Source: Octopus sinensis
Taxonomy: Eukaryota
DNA length: 64,000 nucleotides
Reading direction: 5' to 3'
NCBI RefSeq assembly: GCF_006345805.1
Contig: NC_043002.1
Coordinates: 43,834,001-43,898,000 of the forward strand
Position numbers and translations under genes: made by a program. Below the pieces are notes generated by a model. It was not told the DNA's origin and did no database searches. It saw nothing but the letters and a program-made list of their open reading frames with translations. Position 1 is the stretch's first letter. Each line of letters starts with the position of its first letter. This document shows, in pieces, positions 41,355 through 54,271 of this stretch.

Positions 41355-44300
41355 TCATCATCATCATCATCATCGTTTAGCGTCCGTTTTCCATGCTAGC
41401 ATGGGTTGGACGGTTCTACTGGGGTCTGTGAAGCCAGAAGGCTTCATCAGGCCCAGTCAAATCTGGCAGTGTTTCTACGGCTGGATGCCCTTCCTAATGC
41501 CAACCACTCCGTGAGTGTAGTGGGTGCTTTTTACGTGCCACCCGCACTGGTGCCAGACAGAAATGGCAAACGGCCACGAACGGATGGTGCTTTTTATGTG
41601 CCACCGGCACGAGGGTCAGGCGAGGCTGGCAACGGACACGAAACGGGGCGGTGCTGGCAACGGTCGCGAAACGGAAAGTTCTCTTACATGCCACCGGCAC
41701 TGGTAACACATCTGCAATTTCCATTGATCGATTTCCATTGATCGATTTCGATTCTGATCGTCACTTGCCTCAACGGGTCTTCACAAGCAGAGTTTTGACA
41801 TGCCACCGGCACTGGTAGCACATCCGCAATTTCCATTGATCGATTTCGATTCTGATCCTCACATGCCTCATCACGTCTTCACAAGTAGAGTTTTGTGTCC
41901 CAAGAAGGGAAGGTATGCATACGTAGGCTGGCTCCATCCCATGTAGAAGGCCACGGGTTATGGACTCACTTGTCCTGCCGGGTCTTCTCGCGCACAGCAC
42001 ACTTCCAGAGGTCTCGGTCTCTAGTCATTTCCTCAATGAGACCTAAAGTTCGAAGGTCGTGCTTCACCACCTCGTCCCAGGTTTTCCTGGGTCTGCCTCT
42101 TCCACAGGTTCCCTCAACCGCTAGGGTGTGGCACTTTTTCACACAACTATCTTCATCCATTCTCGCCACATGACCATACCAGCGCAAACGTCTCTCTTGC
42201 ACACCACAACTGATGCTTCTTAGGTCCAGCTTTTCTCTCAAGGTACTTACACTCTGCCGAGTGTGTGAGTACCGGCATTACACATCCTTCGGAGCATACT
42301 GGCTTCATTTCTAGCGAGCTTACGCATATCCTCAGCAGTCACGGCCCATGTTTCACTGCCATGTAGCATGGCTGTTTGTACACACGCATCATACAGTCTG
42401 CCTTTCACTCTGTGCGAGAGGCCTTTTGTCACCAGCAGAGGTAAGAGCTCTCTGAACTTTGCCCAAGCTATTCTTACTCTAGCAGTTACACTTTCAGCAC
42501 ACCCCCCCCCCGCTGCTGACTTGGTCACCTAGGTAACGGAAACTATCAACTATTTCTAGTTTTTCTCCCTGGAAAGTGACGGAAGTTGGTCTCAGAGCAT
42601 TTTCAGTGTTTATTGTTCCTGAGCATCTGCCACATACAAAAACCATCTTCCTAGTTAGCCTTCCTTTGACATTGCTGCATCTCTTATGTGTCCATAGCTT
42701 ACACTTGGTGCATCTTATAGAGTTTCTACCTACACCTTTTCTACAGATCGAGCAGGGCCATCTACCTGAAGGTGTTTGTGATTTGTCTACCTTCCTACTG
42801 ATTACGACTTTGGTTTTAGCTAGATTGACTCTGAGGCCCTTCGATTCTAATCCTTGTTTCCACACCTGAAACTTCTCCTCCAGTTCTGATAGCACTCAGC
42901 AATTAGAGCAAGGTCATCAGCATAGAGGAGCTCCCAAGGCATCCTGTTTTGAATTCCTCCGTTATTGCCTGGAGGACTATGATAAATAGGAGGGGGCTGA
43001 GTACTGAGCCTTGGTGGACTCCTACCTCTACCCGGAATTCTTCACTGTACACATTTCCAACCCTCACCCTACTAGCGGCGTCCCTGTACATGGCCCGCAC
43101 AGCTCTCACTAACCATTCATCTATCCCTAGTTTCCTCATTGCCCACCAGATAAGGGATCGGGGACCCTGTCGAAGGCTTTCTCCATGTCAACAAAAGCCA
43201 GGTACAGGGGCTTATCTTTGGCTAGGTATTTCTCCTGCAGCTGCCTTACCAGGAATATAGCATCAGTAGTACTTTTCCCTGGCACAAACCCAAACTGCAT
43301 CTCATCTAAACTAACTCTCTCTCTAATTAGTTGGGCTATGACCCTCTCCGTAACCTTCATCACCTGGTCCAACAGCTTGATACCTCTGTAGTTATTTGTA
43401 TCTAGGGCATCACCTTTACCTTTGTAGCAGTTGACTATTATACTGCTACACCAGTCATTGGGTATGACCCCTTTGTGTATCACCTGATTAACTATACGGG
43501 TGACTAGGCTATAGCCGACACTACCAGACATTTTGAGCATCTCTGCAGTGATTCCTGATGGGCCTGGGGCTTTCCCTGTCTTCATGCTTCTAATTGCCTT
43601 AGCTACCACGGAACTATCAACTCGGATAGCTGGTCCCTCTGTTGGGTCAACATTCGGCAGACTCTCTTTATCCCATTCATTTTCTTCATTCAGCAACCTT
43701 TCATAGTGGCATCTCCAAACCTCTCTCTTTGCATCCTCATTTAGCGCAAGTGAACCATCTTCCATGCGAACACACTTCTCCTACCTACCTCACGATTCTC
43801 TCTCACACACTGTCTTGCAACACGAAACACCTCCAGTCTTTGGTCCTCACGGCGCAGAATATTGGCAAATTTTTTCTTATCTGCTTCCCCTCTGGCTAAA
43901 TAAACCTGTCTCCTAGCTTCTCTTTTGGCAGTCTGATACAATCCCCTACCACCTACCCCCTTTTTTCCAGACCTTCCAAGCCTGTCTCTTTTCTCTAATA
44001 GCCCTGTCTACAATATTGTTCCACCACCACGTTATTCTAGGTCGAGAGGGGACTTTGCACCAGCCACAGATCTGGTCAGTGGCTCTCAGCAGATTGTCCC
44101 TTAGAAACGTCCAGCTGTCTTCTACCCCCCCTGTGATGCTCTATCCCCTTCTACTTCGTCAGAGGCTTCAAGTAATATGTCCCTAAATCTCTGTCCATTT
44201 TCAGGATCTTTAAGCTTCCAGATCCTTCTTCTCCATATTTGTCGTCTTCTGGTTGTCCTCCTAGTCCTGATCCTAAAGTCACTAACTACCAGTCTATGTT

Positions 44301-44643
44301 GTGGGGCATTCTTCACCTGGGAAGGTTTTGGCATTTATAAGCAGCCATCTCTCCCTTTGCCTTGTAAGGATGTAGTCAATTTGGCTGGTATGTTGGCCCG
44401 ATTGGTAAGTGACTAGGTGGCTGGTAGGTTTCCTGAAGTTAGTGTTGCAACTCATAAGATTATTTGCATCGCAGAACTCCAGCAGCCTGGTTCCCTCCTC
44501 GTTGCGGGAGCCATAGCCATAGCCTCCATGTACGCCATGGAAGCCCCCAGCATGTCGTCCAACGTGACCATTGAAGTCACCAGCCACAAAGATAAGGTCT
44601 CTGTCGTTCGTCAACGAGGTAGTCTGCAGTAGAGTGTCATAGA
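41355..44643 (-). mobile_element. Long 5'-truncated RTE LINE (family C UTR) with a frameshifted EN-RT ORF
   Basis: APE endonuclease AGDFNGHVG..SQIDYIL. RT NYRGIKLL, QFGF, FVDMEKAFD, GVHQGSVLSPLLF, YLG. PHD-like Cys cluster. Several frameshifts. Confidence 0.95.
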
Positions 44644-44660
44644 ATGCAGTAGAGTGGGAT

Positions 44661-44692
<32 letters not shown>

Positions 44693-46133
44693 CACAGAAA
44701 CATGATTTTTTAAAATAATTGTTTATGTTATATAATGTTATGTTAAATCATATTCATAGTATATCATGTAATATTATAAGTAAATTATTGTATTGTCAAT
44801 AGTATCTATTTAATTTATCTTTATATATGTATATATATATATATATTATAATAAAAGGGTAAAATCAATAATAGTTTCACCAGGTGGTCAGTGCAGAAAT
44901 AAAAACCTCATAGGTAAATTTTACGAGATATTTTATAATTATATACATATAATTATATATATATGTTGATTCATTATTTTTCTTTTGCTCACCTACAATA
45001 TAGTGTTATTCTCGGAGATTTTAATTTGGTAACTAGGGCTTTAGCGTCTATTTCTTGCAGTGCGTGGTGAGGCATAAAGCTGACCCTTGTTATAATTATG
45101 TATATGATTATAAAATAAATTATTATATATATATATGTATGTGTGTATATATATATACAGATATAATCATTATATATTTTTATATATATACATACATCAT
45201 ATATATATCTATATTTATATAGCTATAACTATAAAAGAGAGTTTGTATGTGTGTGTGTGATGGTGTATGTGACTGTCAGTATACATCCTTTTTTGTGACG
45301 ACTGACACACACACATCTAAAGACAGAGACAGACACACACACAGGGACAGAGATAGGCTTCAGGTGTGCGTTAATGTACATATATGTGTATGTGTGTGTG
45401 TGTGTGTTTGTGTCTCTTAGTTTATGTATGCAATTTCTCCCTCCCCCACCATCAGTGGAACACACTGATATAGAAAGTTTACTCGCGGCCTGGACTTCAA
45501 ACAAACAACAATGTTCTCTTTCAAATACTACCAACATGAAGATTTGGCTGATTTAACACCACTCACAATGCTTGCAAGTATATCTGAGGAAAATATATTA
45601 TTCTGGTTATTATAACAAATTTGGAAACTTGACAAAGTAGATAGCCTCACCGGCTCTTTGAATATAATTACAGAAATGTTATTCCACTCCTTGTAACCAG
45701 TTTCAAGATAATTTTTAACAGTTCTCCTAAGCTTCTTCATCACTGTTAGTATCAACGTTGCACAATCTTGTTACTGTCAATATTTGTTCTACAGCCTATA
45801 ATGTTACACAGTTTAAAAACGGCATCTTCCTTTTTATACACTTGGTTCAGTGTTTGTTTCAAAATTGTAAAATAAATTATTTTCGTATGAAAAATTGAAT
45901 TATGCCTCCTGAATTTTCTTGGACTTTCGCTTTCTTCACCGTTACATTCATTCGGTCATTAATTTTATAGCATTTAGTACATATTCCAAATAAATATCAA
46001 CTTTCTGTACATTGTTACATTGGTGACCCCTAGTAGCTTTTGCTAAATTGGTGACTTTCCGTTTTTTTATAGCAAAACTATGCTACTGAAAGTATGTTTT
46101 GCACCTATATTGACTACATTTAGTAACTTTTGC

Positions 46134-46452
46134 TGGTGGAACTGGAAGACAGTCACCCCACCCTAAACTGACCTTTCCGATTTTTTTTTTTTACTGGATT
46201 CTTACGTTTTTGATGACGGAGATTCTGAACATGCAAAAAAAAAACACGTTTTCGAAATTTTTAATTTAATCTTTGAAAAAAGTTTTAAAAGTTAGAAATT
46301 TGGTGGGGTGGGGGAGGAGGAATTAAAAAGTTTGAAAATATGGTTTTTTGCATATTCGGAATCTGTCATCAAAAACATAGCAATCTGGTTTTAAAAAAAA
46401 ATCAGGAAGGTCAGTTTAGTTGATTGGGATGAGTGTTTTGCAGTCCCACTGG
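46134..46452. mobile_element. Fold-back/MITE with ~100-bp imperfect terminal inverted repeats
   Basis: ctaaactgacctttccga..tttttgatgacggagattctgaacatgcaaaaaa pairs with ttttttgcatattcggaatctgtcatcaaaaac..ggaaggtcagtttag. Confidence 0.7.
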
Positions 46453-47029
46453 CTACATTTCATCTCACTTGAAGTTCGTATGTGTACATTTTGCTGTTTT
46501 CAATATTATCAATTCTATGAGTGTGTGTGTGTGTATTTCTGCGTTCATTATGTCTAAAGTAAACTATAGTAAAGAATATTTTACTCTGTTTTAATCAGGC
46601 CACATCTAATGGAGTAGCCATTCTTATACTTGGTGATCACCATGAAAATCATGATATTCTCATTCGTGTTCAAGACACACATTCATCCCTCTTAACATGC
46701 TCTCTAGTATACTCTTATTCTGTGGAATGAACAAACTGAGTATCATTTCAATATTCCATGGATTGAAATCTGTTTGTTGTAGAGAAGTGTATTTGAAATA
46801 ACCAGTTATTGAAATGATGTAGAAAATATGTAAATGAAAATAAAGTTTATTTGACATGTGTAATTGATTTGATTGTTTTGGTCTTGACATCAGTTGGTAA
46901 GAATAGGAGTCATTTGACAACACCTTTTTGTTTGCAATTGCTTATCCTGTTGCAGGTTCAATCCATGGAATATTGAAATGATACTCAGCTTGTCCATTTC
47001 ACAGAATAAGAGTATACAAAGCACTATTT

Positions 47030-47249
47030 GAGCATATCTGATGCCAGTACCGCTTGACTGGCCCTCGTGCTGGTGGCATGGAAAAGCACCAACTACACTC
47101 TTAGGGGTTGTCGTTAGGAAGGGCATCTAGCTGTAGAAACTTTGTCAGATCAGATTGGGGCCTGGTGCAGCCTTCTATCTCGCCAGCCCTCAGTCAAACC
47201 ATCCAACCCATGCCAGCATGGAAAGCAGGCATTAGACGATGATGATGAT
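47030..47249 (+). mobile_element. RTE 3' tail (family B-like)
   Basis: gccagtaccgcttgactggccctcgtgctggtggcatgg..aggaagggcatctagctgtagaaac..gatgatgatgatg. Confidence 0.85.
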
Positions 47250-47285
47250 GTATACACACATACAATTTATATATATATATATATA

Positions 47286-47930
47286 CAGGTTGCAGTGAAT
47301 AAATTGTCGTCTAAATTACACAAAAATGAAAATAACACTGACATCTCATTTTAACAGGTATATTTACCAAAATTACATAAAATATCTTGAAATACTAAAT
47401 AGTAAATTTATTCAATAAAATCACCATTGGCTTCAACTATGGTCTCCAGACAACTTTGGAATTTCCTGCAACTCGTCTGGGACAGTCACTTGTTTAAGTT
47501 GGTGCATGCTGCCATAATCCTTACCGTCAGTTCATCTTTGGTGTTACAAGGAGTTTTGTTGGTCTCTCAATCAACTGCACCCGACACATAATAATCAAGA
47601 GGGTTGCAGTCTGCCAAGTTAGGGGTGATGTGGTCACAGAAATTGTCTGACAGCCATGACTGGGTTCTACTACTTGTGTGGCATGGTGCAGAGTCCTGTA
47701 GCCAGACATAGGGCCTTCCATCAGTCACTTTCTTGACCCAGGGCAGCACCACCTTCTCCATGCACTTAATGAGTCTGAGGTCATGTGGGAAGATGAATGG
47801 AAGCATAATGTCGCCATCACTAGTGATCACTCCAAACACCATGATGTTGACTGGATGTTCGATTTTTATCACTCACAGTATATGTTTTGTGGACACAACA
47901 AGCCAACGGCTTTTTCTGTGTGTTCACCAT
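47286..47930 (-). mobile_element. 3' part of a maT/DD37D-like transposon
   Basis: MVFGVITSDG..YVWLQDSAPCHTS..DCNPLDYY. TA|caggttgcagtgaataaattgtc terminus at 47286. Confidence 0.85.
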
Positions 47931-49072
47931 GTGGTGCTGTTAGAAATTATTCTTGTCTGAGAAATACCAAAGCCTGCCTGGATAGAGGGGATGCTTGAGT
48001 TTGTCCAAAGGCTTTATAGCGTGATCTTTGCTCTTGCTCTTGATGGCTTGGGATAAAAATTGGCCCTTTCTCATCTTGTATGAGGAATACCAACTCTTTA
48101 ACTATAATATAGTCATTCACTCTGGTGTTATCATAATACATGCTTATGATAAGTTTGTGTTGTTTTATGAGTGTTTTAATGAATTATTCATTTGGTTCTT
48201 GTATGATATATGTCGTAGTGTTGCATCTGTTTGTTTAATGTCAATTGCTTTATGGCCTGATGTTCCTGTATTGCTTTATGGCCTGATGTAGTAATCAGGT
48301 GTTTTAATTGTCTTGTGCCTACAGGCTCATGATGCTGGAGTTTATCTGGATTTTCAAAGTATAGTGGAAGAGTCGTCACTGTAGGGTATGTCAGTCTGTT
48401 GCACAGAGCTAACCCAAATGTTATAAGTACTCATTTTCAGTTGAGTATAAATACAAGGTTATTACTAGTTGAAGTATGCTTGGGACATCTTCAAACCCAT
48501 AAGAAAGCTGTTCACTCTGCTTTGTCATGGAGAAAATTTCTCACTGTAGACAAATATACAGAGAAATACACCAAATCAACTTGCAGCACCACCTACTTTG
48601 AGTGTGAGATATGAGCATTTTGAAATGGTTATCTCCTCTTCAATTACAGAAACTAGATAGGGTGTGCTACAAGCTCATAGGAGAGACTGTCTCTCTTTTG
48701 ATATTCCCATTATAGCACTAACTGACAGCTCATCACAATGAAAATTTTGGGGTGGCAGTGCTAAGCAGTGATTGTATAAAAACAAGGTTATTAGCAGTTC
48801 AAATATGCTTGGGGCATATTGAAACTCATAAAAAAAGTCTTTCCCTGTGTTTTGTCATGGAGAAAATTCTTCACTGTAGACAACTGGATGTACTGGAGCA
48901 ACATGAATTGTTTTGCTCAATGACACAATGTGCTGAGCAGTCTGAGAATTGAACCCAATACTTAACAGTTGGGAGCTCAACACCTTTATACCATGCTATG
49001 TGTTTTCACACTAATGTATCGATGCCTATTATTTACTAATGTTTATTTTATGTGTAGTATTTTCTAATTTAA

Positions 49073-49850
49073 CCCTTCAGTATTCAAACCTTTTATATCT
49101 CGCCAAAATATTTAACCTGTTTTATGTTAGAAATGGCCAGATCTGGCCTCTCACCTCATTCCTACAATGTCATTCTAAATCTAAGCAATTGCAACATTGA
49201 AATTTCAAGGCAATGAGATAATTCATAATTAATTCAAAACAATATGTGAGGGAGAGGTAGATCCAGGAAGACATGGGATGAGGTGGTCAAGCATGACCTT
49301 CGAACGTTGGGCCTCACAGAGGCAATGACGAAAGACTGAGATCTCTGGAGATATGCTGTGACTGTGAAGACCCGACAAATAACGTGAGTTCATGGCTGTT
49401 TCCTGCACCAGCTTCACATAGCAGCCCCAGCCCATCCAAAGTACCTTGGATTGCAGAACGACCTGCTGTGCTTACCTTACCTTGGATTGTAGGGTGACCT
49501 GCTGTGCTTGAGGAGACATTGAGCCATTCCATCGAAATCAAAATATATCAAATGGAAATTGTAGTTGTGATACCTGTGCCGGTGGCACGTAAAAAGCACC
49601 ATCCGAATGTGGCCAATGCCAGCGCTGCCTTGACTGGCTTCTGTGCTAGTGGCATGTAAAAAGCACCCACTACACTCACAGAGTGTTACTAACTTTTATA
49701 TTTATCATCCTTTCTCTCCTGACTTCCCAGACCCCGGTTGAACAGTCCAACCTGTGCTAGCACGGAAAACGGCCGTTAAATGATGATGATGATGAATATA
49801 AATTAACAAAACATCACATTTGACAGAATAATCTGAATACTAAATGGCTA
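49073..49850. mobile_element. TTAA MITE split by an RTE 3' fragment (+, 49245-49795)
   Basis: MITE halves 49073-49244 and 49796-49850 match 34520-34736. The insert encodes GRSRKTWDEVVKHDLRTLGL and ends in (ATG)n. Confidence 0.75.
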
Positions 49851-50286
49851 AGGTTTCTGTAGAAAATGGAAAATTAAATGCTCATCTAAGAAGGGTTTTG
49901 ACTGAAACTGTTTTGTATCAGTAGGGATACTCACAGTCAGGAGAGTGGTTTGATCTTTCAAATGTTGATAATAACTTCCTAAAAATGTTGTCCCATGTGA
50001 CTAAGCGTGGATGTGTGGCTTCGACATCAAAACAATAAAGCACTTATTGCAGTTGAATGTATCATTGTCAATGCAACCAAAAATTAAAAAAATACGAATG
50101 ACAGATTTGCTCAGATATTTTGGTTGTTAACTTAATTTTGGATTGGTAGGGTATTGTTCAACATGAGATTTTTCTACATGGCTATGTGATCAATAAAGAT
50201 ATACTGAGTTATTTGTGAGAGGCAGTTAAATTAAGAGGCCTAAAGTAGGGACAAACAAAGCCTGGATGCTACATCACAACAATGGG

Positions 50287-50515
50287 TCTCTTTTACTCTT
50301 TTTCTTGTTTTAGTCATTTGACTGCGGCCATGCTGGAGCACTGCCTTTAGTCGAGCAAATCGACCCCAGGACTTATTCTTTGTAAGCCTAGTACTTATTC
50401 TATCGGTCTCTTTTGCCGAACCTCTAAGTTACGGGGGACATAAACACACCAGCATCAGTTATCAAGCAATGCTGGAGGGACAAACACAGATTCACAAACA
50501 TATACACACACATAC

Positions 50516-50577
<62 letters not shown>

Positions 50578-50731
50578 GATGGGCTACTTCCAGTTTCTGT
50601 CTACCAAATCCACTCACAAAGCTTTGGTTGGCCCGAGGCTATAGTAGAAACACTTGCCCAAGGTGCCACGCTGTGGGACTGAACCCAGAACCATGTAGCT
50701 GGTAAGCAAACTACTTACCACACAACCACTC
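50287..50731 (-). mobile_element. Full-length tRNA-derived SINE
   Basis: Reverse complement of 24249-24659. Confidence 0.9.
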
Positions 50732-50967
50732 TGTTCATCTATTACACATTTTTCATGATTTCTTTTGGTAACATACATGATGACTCTTAAACTCAAGCAT
50801 CCTCACTCTCTGAAGTTAGTTTCCAAAGAACATTTATTTTAAAGTCTGGTACTTATTTTGCCTGCCTGATAAGTTGTGGTGATATAAACAAATCAGCACA
50901 GGTTGTCAAAGACATGTAGTGCAGATATGCATGCATGCATTCGTATATAAATATATACATACATATA

Positions 50968-51748
50968 CAAGGGGATAGCCAAAAGTAACTGGAAATGTTC
51001 TCTGTGGGACAAGTCCATTGTAGTTCAGGCTTCCACCACTAGGAGCCTTGATGCAACCCTGAGGTATCAGTATGCTGACCGGCGTTGTGTAGTGTAATCC
51101 TACTTCCACGTGGTGCTTCTCCCTATTTCATCGATTTGTGCAGTGGCTGAAACGAAAGAACAGCATGTTTCTGTGAGATTCTGTTTTCTGCTGGGGACGA
51201 CGGCAGTTGAAACAGTTGTCATGCCTCAAACAGCTTACGAGGGTGCCGCTATGAGCAAAAGTTTACAAATGGTTTTCATGCCTTAGGAGGACCATCACTG
51301 AACAATTGACTAACTTTCTGATATGACTGGTGTGTCCTGGAGCTCCTGCCAACGAATTTTGAGTGAGAAATTGTGGATGAAAAGAGTTGCAGCAAAATTT
51401 GTGCCTCACTTGCTCGCAGAAGACCAAAAGCAGTCAGGACTGAGTTGTGTGTCGGGAACGGAAAAAACAGTTGGAAATTGATCCAGACCTTTTTTTAATG
51501 ATCATAACTGGTGACGAAAGTTGGTGTTATGGAATTTGCAGATGTGGAAGAGGTGAAAAAAAAAATGACTGAGGTGTTAAAAGGTGTCACTTTGCAAGAG
51601 TTCCAGCACTGCTTTGAACTGTGGAAAACGCACCTGGATGTATTGCTTCAAATGGAGAATACTCTGAAGGTGATAAAAGTGTAAACATGCAAAAGTAAGT
51701 GAATAAAATGATATTTCAAAATTCCAGTTTCTTTTGGGTACTCCCTTG
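50968..51748 (+). mobile_element. Internally deleted mariner with both TIRs and TA TSDs
   Basis: TA|caaggggatagccaaaagtaactggaa and ttccagtttcttttgggtactcccttg|TA. Relic RVAAKFVPHLL and ITGDESWCYG joined directly to FADVEEVKKK..CIASNGEY. Confidence 0.9.
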
Positions 51749-51759
51749 TATATAGGATT

Positions 51760-51910
51760 CCATGCAGTTTCCACCTATCAGATTCACTTACAAGGTTTTG
51801 GTTGGCTCAATAGGCTATAGCAGAAGACATTTGTCCAAGGTGCCACTCAGTGGGACTGAACCTGAAACCACATTGTTGTGAAGTGAACTTCTTAAGCGCA
51901 TAGCCATGTC
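51760..51910 (-). mobile_element. Diverged SINE 5' half
   Basis: ggctatagcagaagacatttgtccaaggtgccactcagtgggactgaacc. Confidence 0.7.
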
Positions 51911-52678
51911 TGTGTATGTTGTTGAAGAACATTAACTAATCATCGATTTTAAATCATATTTGGACATTACTAACTTTTATATTTATCATCCTTTCTCTCC
52001 TTATACTTTTCTATATCTTCATATCATTTCATCATTGTCCTAGCACATAGTGAATATTGAACAAATACATAATCATAAGTATTTAAGTGCCTTATCAATA
52101 ATAACTAATTTATTTGGGCTTCCAGATTCCTATCTTTTGCACAAACAAAATCTGGTATTGTCTCAAAATACATTTTCTGCTTTTATAGACATAAATTTAC
52201 TTTAATAAGTTTCTTCAAGCATTATTGTTAACCCTAGAGTATTTCCCTTATGTTTTTCATGCTTGTTTGTCAACTTTATCTTAAGCATTATTAAATTTTT
52301 CTTCCTATGATAACTATTAAATTTTTCTTCCTATGATAACTATTAAATTCTTTGTTTGTGAGTAGAAATGTATTTTTATTATTTCTTGATCATGTAATTA
52401 ATCTAAGACTATACTGAAAGAATTCTCAGAGATAAGAAAATAAATAATATTCATTATGCATAATTTTCTCAAGAAATTCTGGGAAGAGATGTGTGGAGAT
52501 TATGTGTCAGAAAAAATAATTAAAATTTTTCTATTAATTTAGCTTATTTTCAAGAATTGAATATGGACAAAGTCTATCAGGAAATATTTTCCTGATTACA
52601 AGTGCTTTCCCATCAGTTTAATAATAAACCAAAAATATTTCTATTAAATGCTAATTTAATTAGTGTGCTTTCAGTATA

Positions 52679-53406
52679 TATCATCATCATCATCATCATC
52701 GTTGTTTAACGTCTGCTTTCCATGCTAGCATGGGTTGGACAGTTTGACTGTGGGCTGGCGAACCAGATGGCTGCACCAAGCTCCAGTCTTGATCTGGCAG
52801 AGTTTCTTCAGCTGGATGCTCTTCCTAACGCCAACCACTCCGAGAGTGTAGTGGGTGCTTTTACGTGCCACTGGCACGGTTGCCAGTCAGGCGGTACTGG
52901 CAACGACCTCGCTTGAATTTTTTACACATGCCAATGGCACAGGTGCCAGTAAGGTGATGCTGGTAACGATCCCGCTCGAATGGTGCCTCCTACATGCCAC
53001 CAGCACGGAAGCCAGTTAGCCGCTCTGGCAACAATCACGCTCAGATGGTGCTCGTGCCCGTCATCGAATTTCACTTTGATTTTGATTTCGGTTTCGATTT
53101 CAGTTGCCTCAACAGGTCTTCGCAAGCAGAGAAGGAAAAGGTATGCACAAGTGGGCTGGTTAAACCCCTGGCACAGGCAAACGAGGTTATGGTCTCATTT
53201 GGCTTGCTGGGTCTTCTCAAGCACAGCATATTTCCAAAGGTCTCGGTCACTAGTCATTTCCTTAGTGAGGCCTAAAGTTCGAAGGTCGTGCTTCACCACT
53301 TCAGCCCAGGTCTTCCTGGGTCTACCTCTTCCACAAGTTCCCTCAACCTCTAGGGTGTGGCACTTTTTCACACAGCTATCCTCATCCATTCTCGCTACAT
53401 GACTAT
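52679..53406 (-). mobile_element. 5'-truncated RTE LINE (family B UTR)
   Basis: HVARMDEDSCVKKC..GRGRPRKTW..EKTQQAK, module array and (cat)n. Confidence 0.92.
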
Positions 53407-54052
53407 GTCTTAGAAAACATACACAAAGAAACACACACACACTTATAAATGTATCTTAAAACAGTCACTTGTTAATGTCTTTAACACCTTTAAGAACCTG
53501 CATAATAATATACAATAAAGTTTTTCTCCTCTTTCCAGATACGTAGCCTTAGTATATTGTTGTTGCATCAGCATAGTAAATTTAATCAGTCAAAATTTTT
53601 ATCAGATAATATTGATCAATATAACTGTTAGTTATTTTCATACTTTTCTGCTAAAAATTTTCAGCTATGGTAAAGAATGATAACCTTAAATATTTCCAAC
53701 CAACATTATTTTTTTCTTTGTATATTTTTTTAATCTTAATTGAAACGTGTTTCATGATGCATTTTAGCTTCTGATCTTCAAGCCAATTGATTGCTTATAT
53801 TTATTTCTTTATTGTTGAATGTACTTTATCTAAATGCAGCCACAGTTTCACTTTTGTTATTTATAATTATTTTTTACACCTTTTATTAATCCATGAATAT
53901 AATTGCCCCTTCCCGCATCTTTTTTATTAGATAACGATGTAATGAAAGTTGAAACTTTGTTTTTACCTTTCTGCAAATCATACTGTGGTAAACAACAACC
54001 TAAAACATAATGGTATTTAAAGGGATTGTCTACATCCAGAAATTTTGTTTAA

Positions 54053-54271
54053 CCCTTTTGTTACCATATTTTTGTTGAGATGCTCTGTGTTTCTTTCAAT
54101 TAATTTTAAATATAACAAAGAATTTAGTAAAATAACTTAATCATTAAGCTAGTGTTAGGAACATAAATTGTGACTAAGGTTTGGTGGAAGATTTTAATTC
54201 AGAACTTTTGAAAACAAGACATTTGTATGACAGTGCCAGAGGGAGTTTCAAGCAGGTTGGTATCAAAAGGG
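54053..54271. mobile_element. TTAA-flanked piggyBac-like MITE, second family
   Basis: TTAA|cccttttgttacca ... tggtatcaaaaggg|TTAA. An older copy lies at ~55319-55543. Confidence 0.85.

Noticed and set aside
52042-52080. Acceptor downstream of the native TACTAAC at 51968
   Set aside because: Both nearby AGs give an immediate stop in the required phase, and no donor is evident.
52289-52349. 26-nt tandem duplication tattaaatttttcttcctatgataac
   Set aside because: Ordinary slippage duplication with no further signal.
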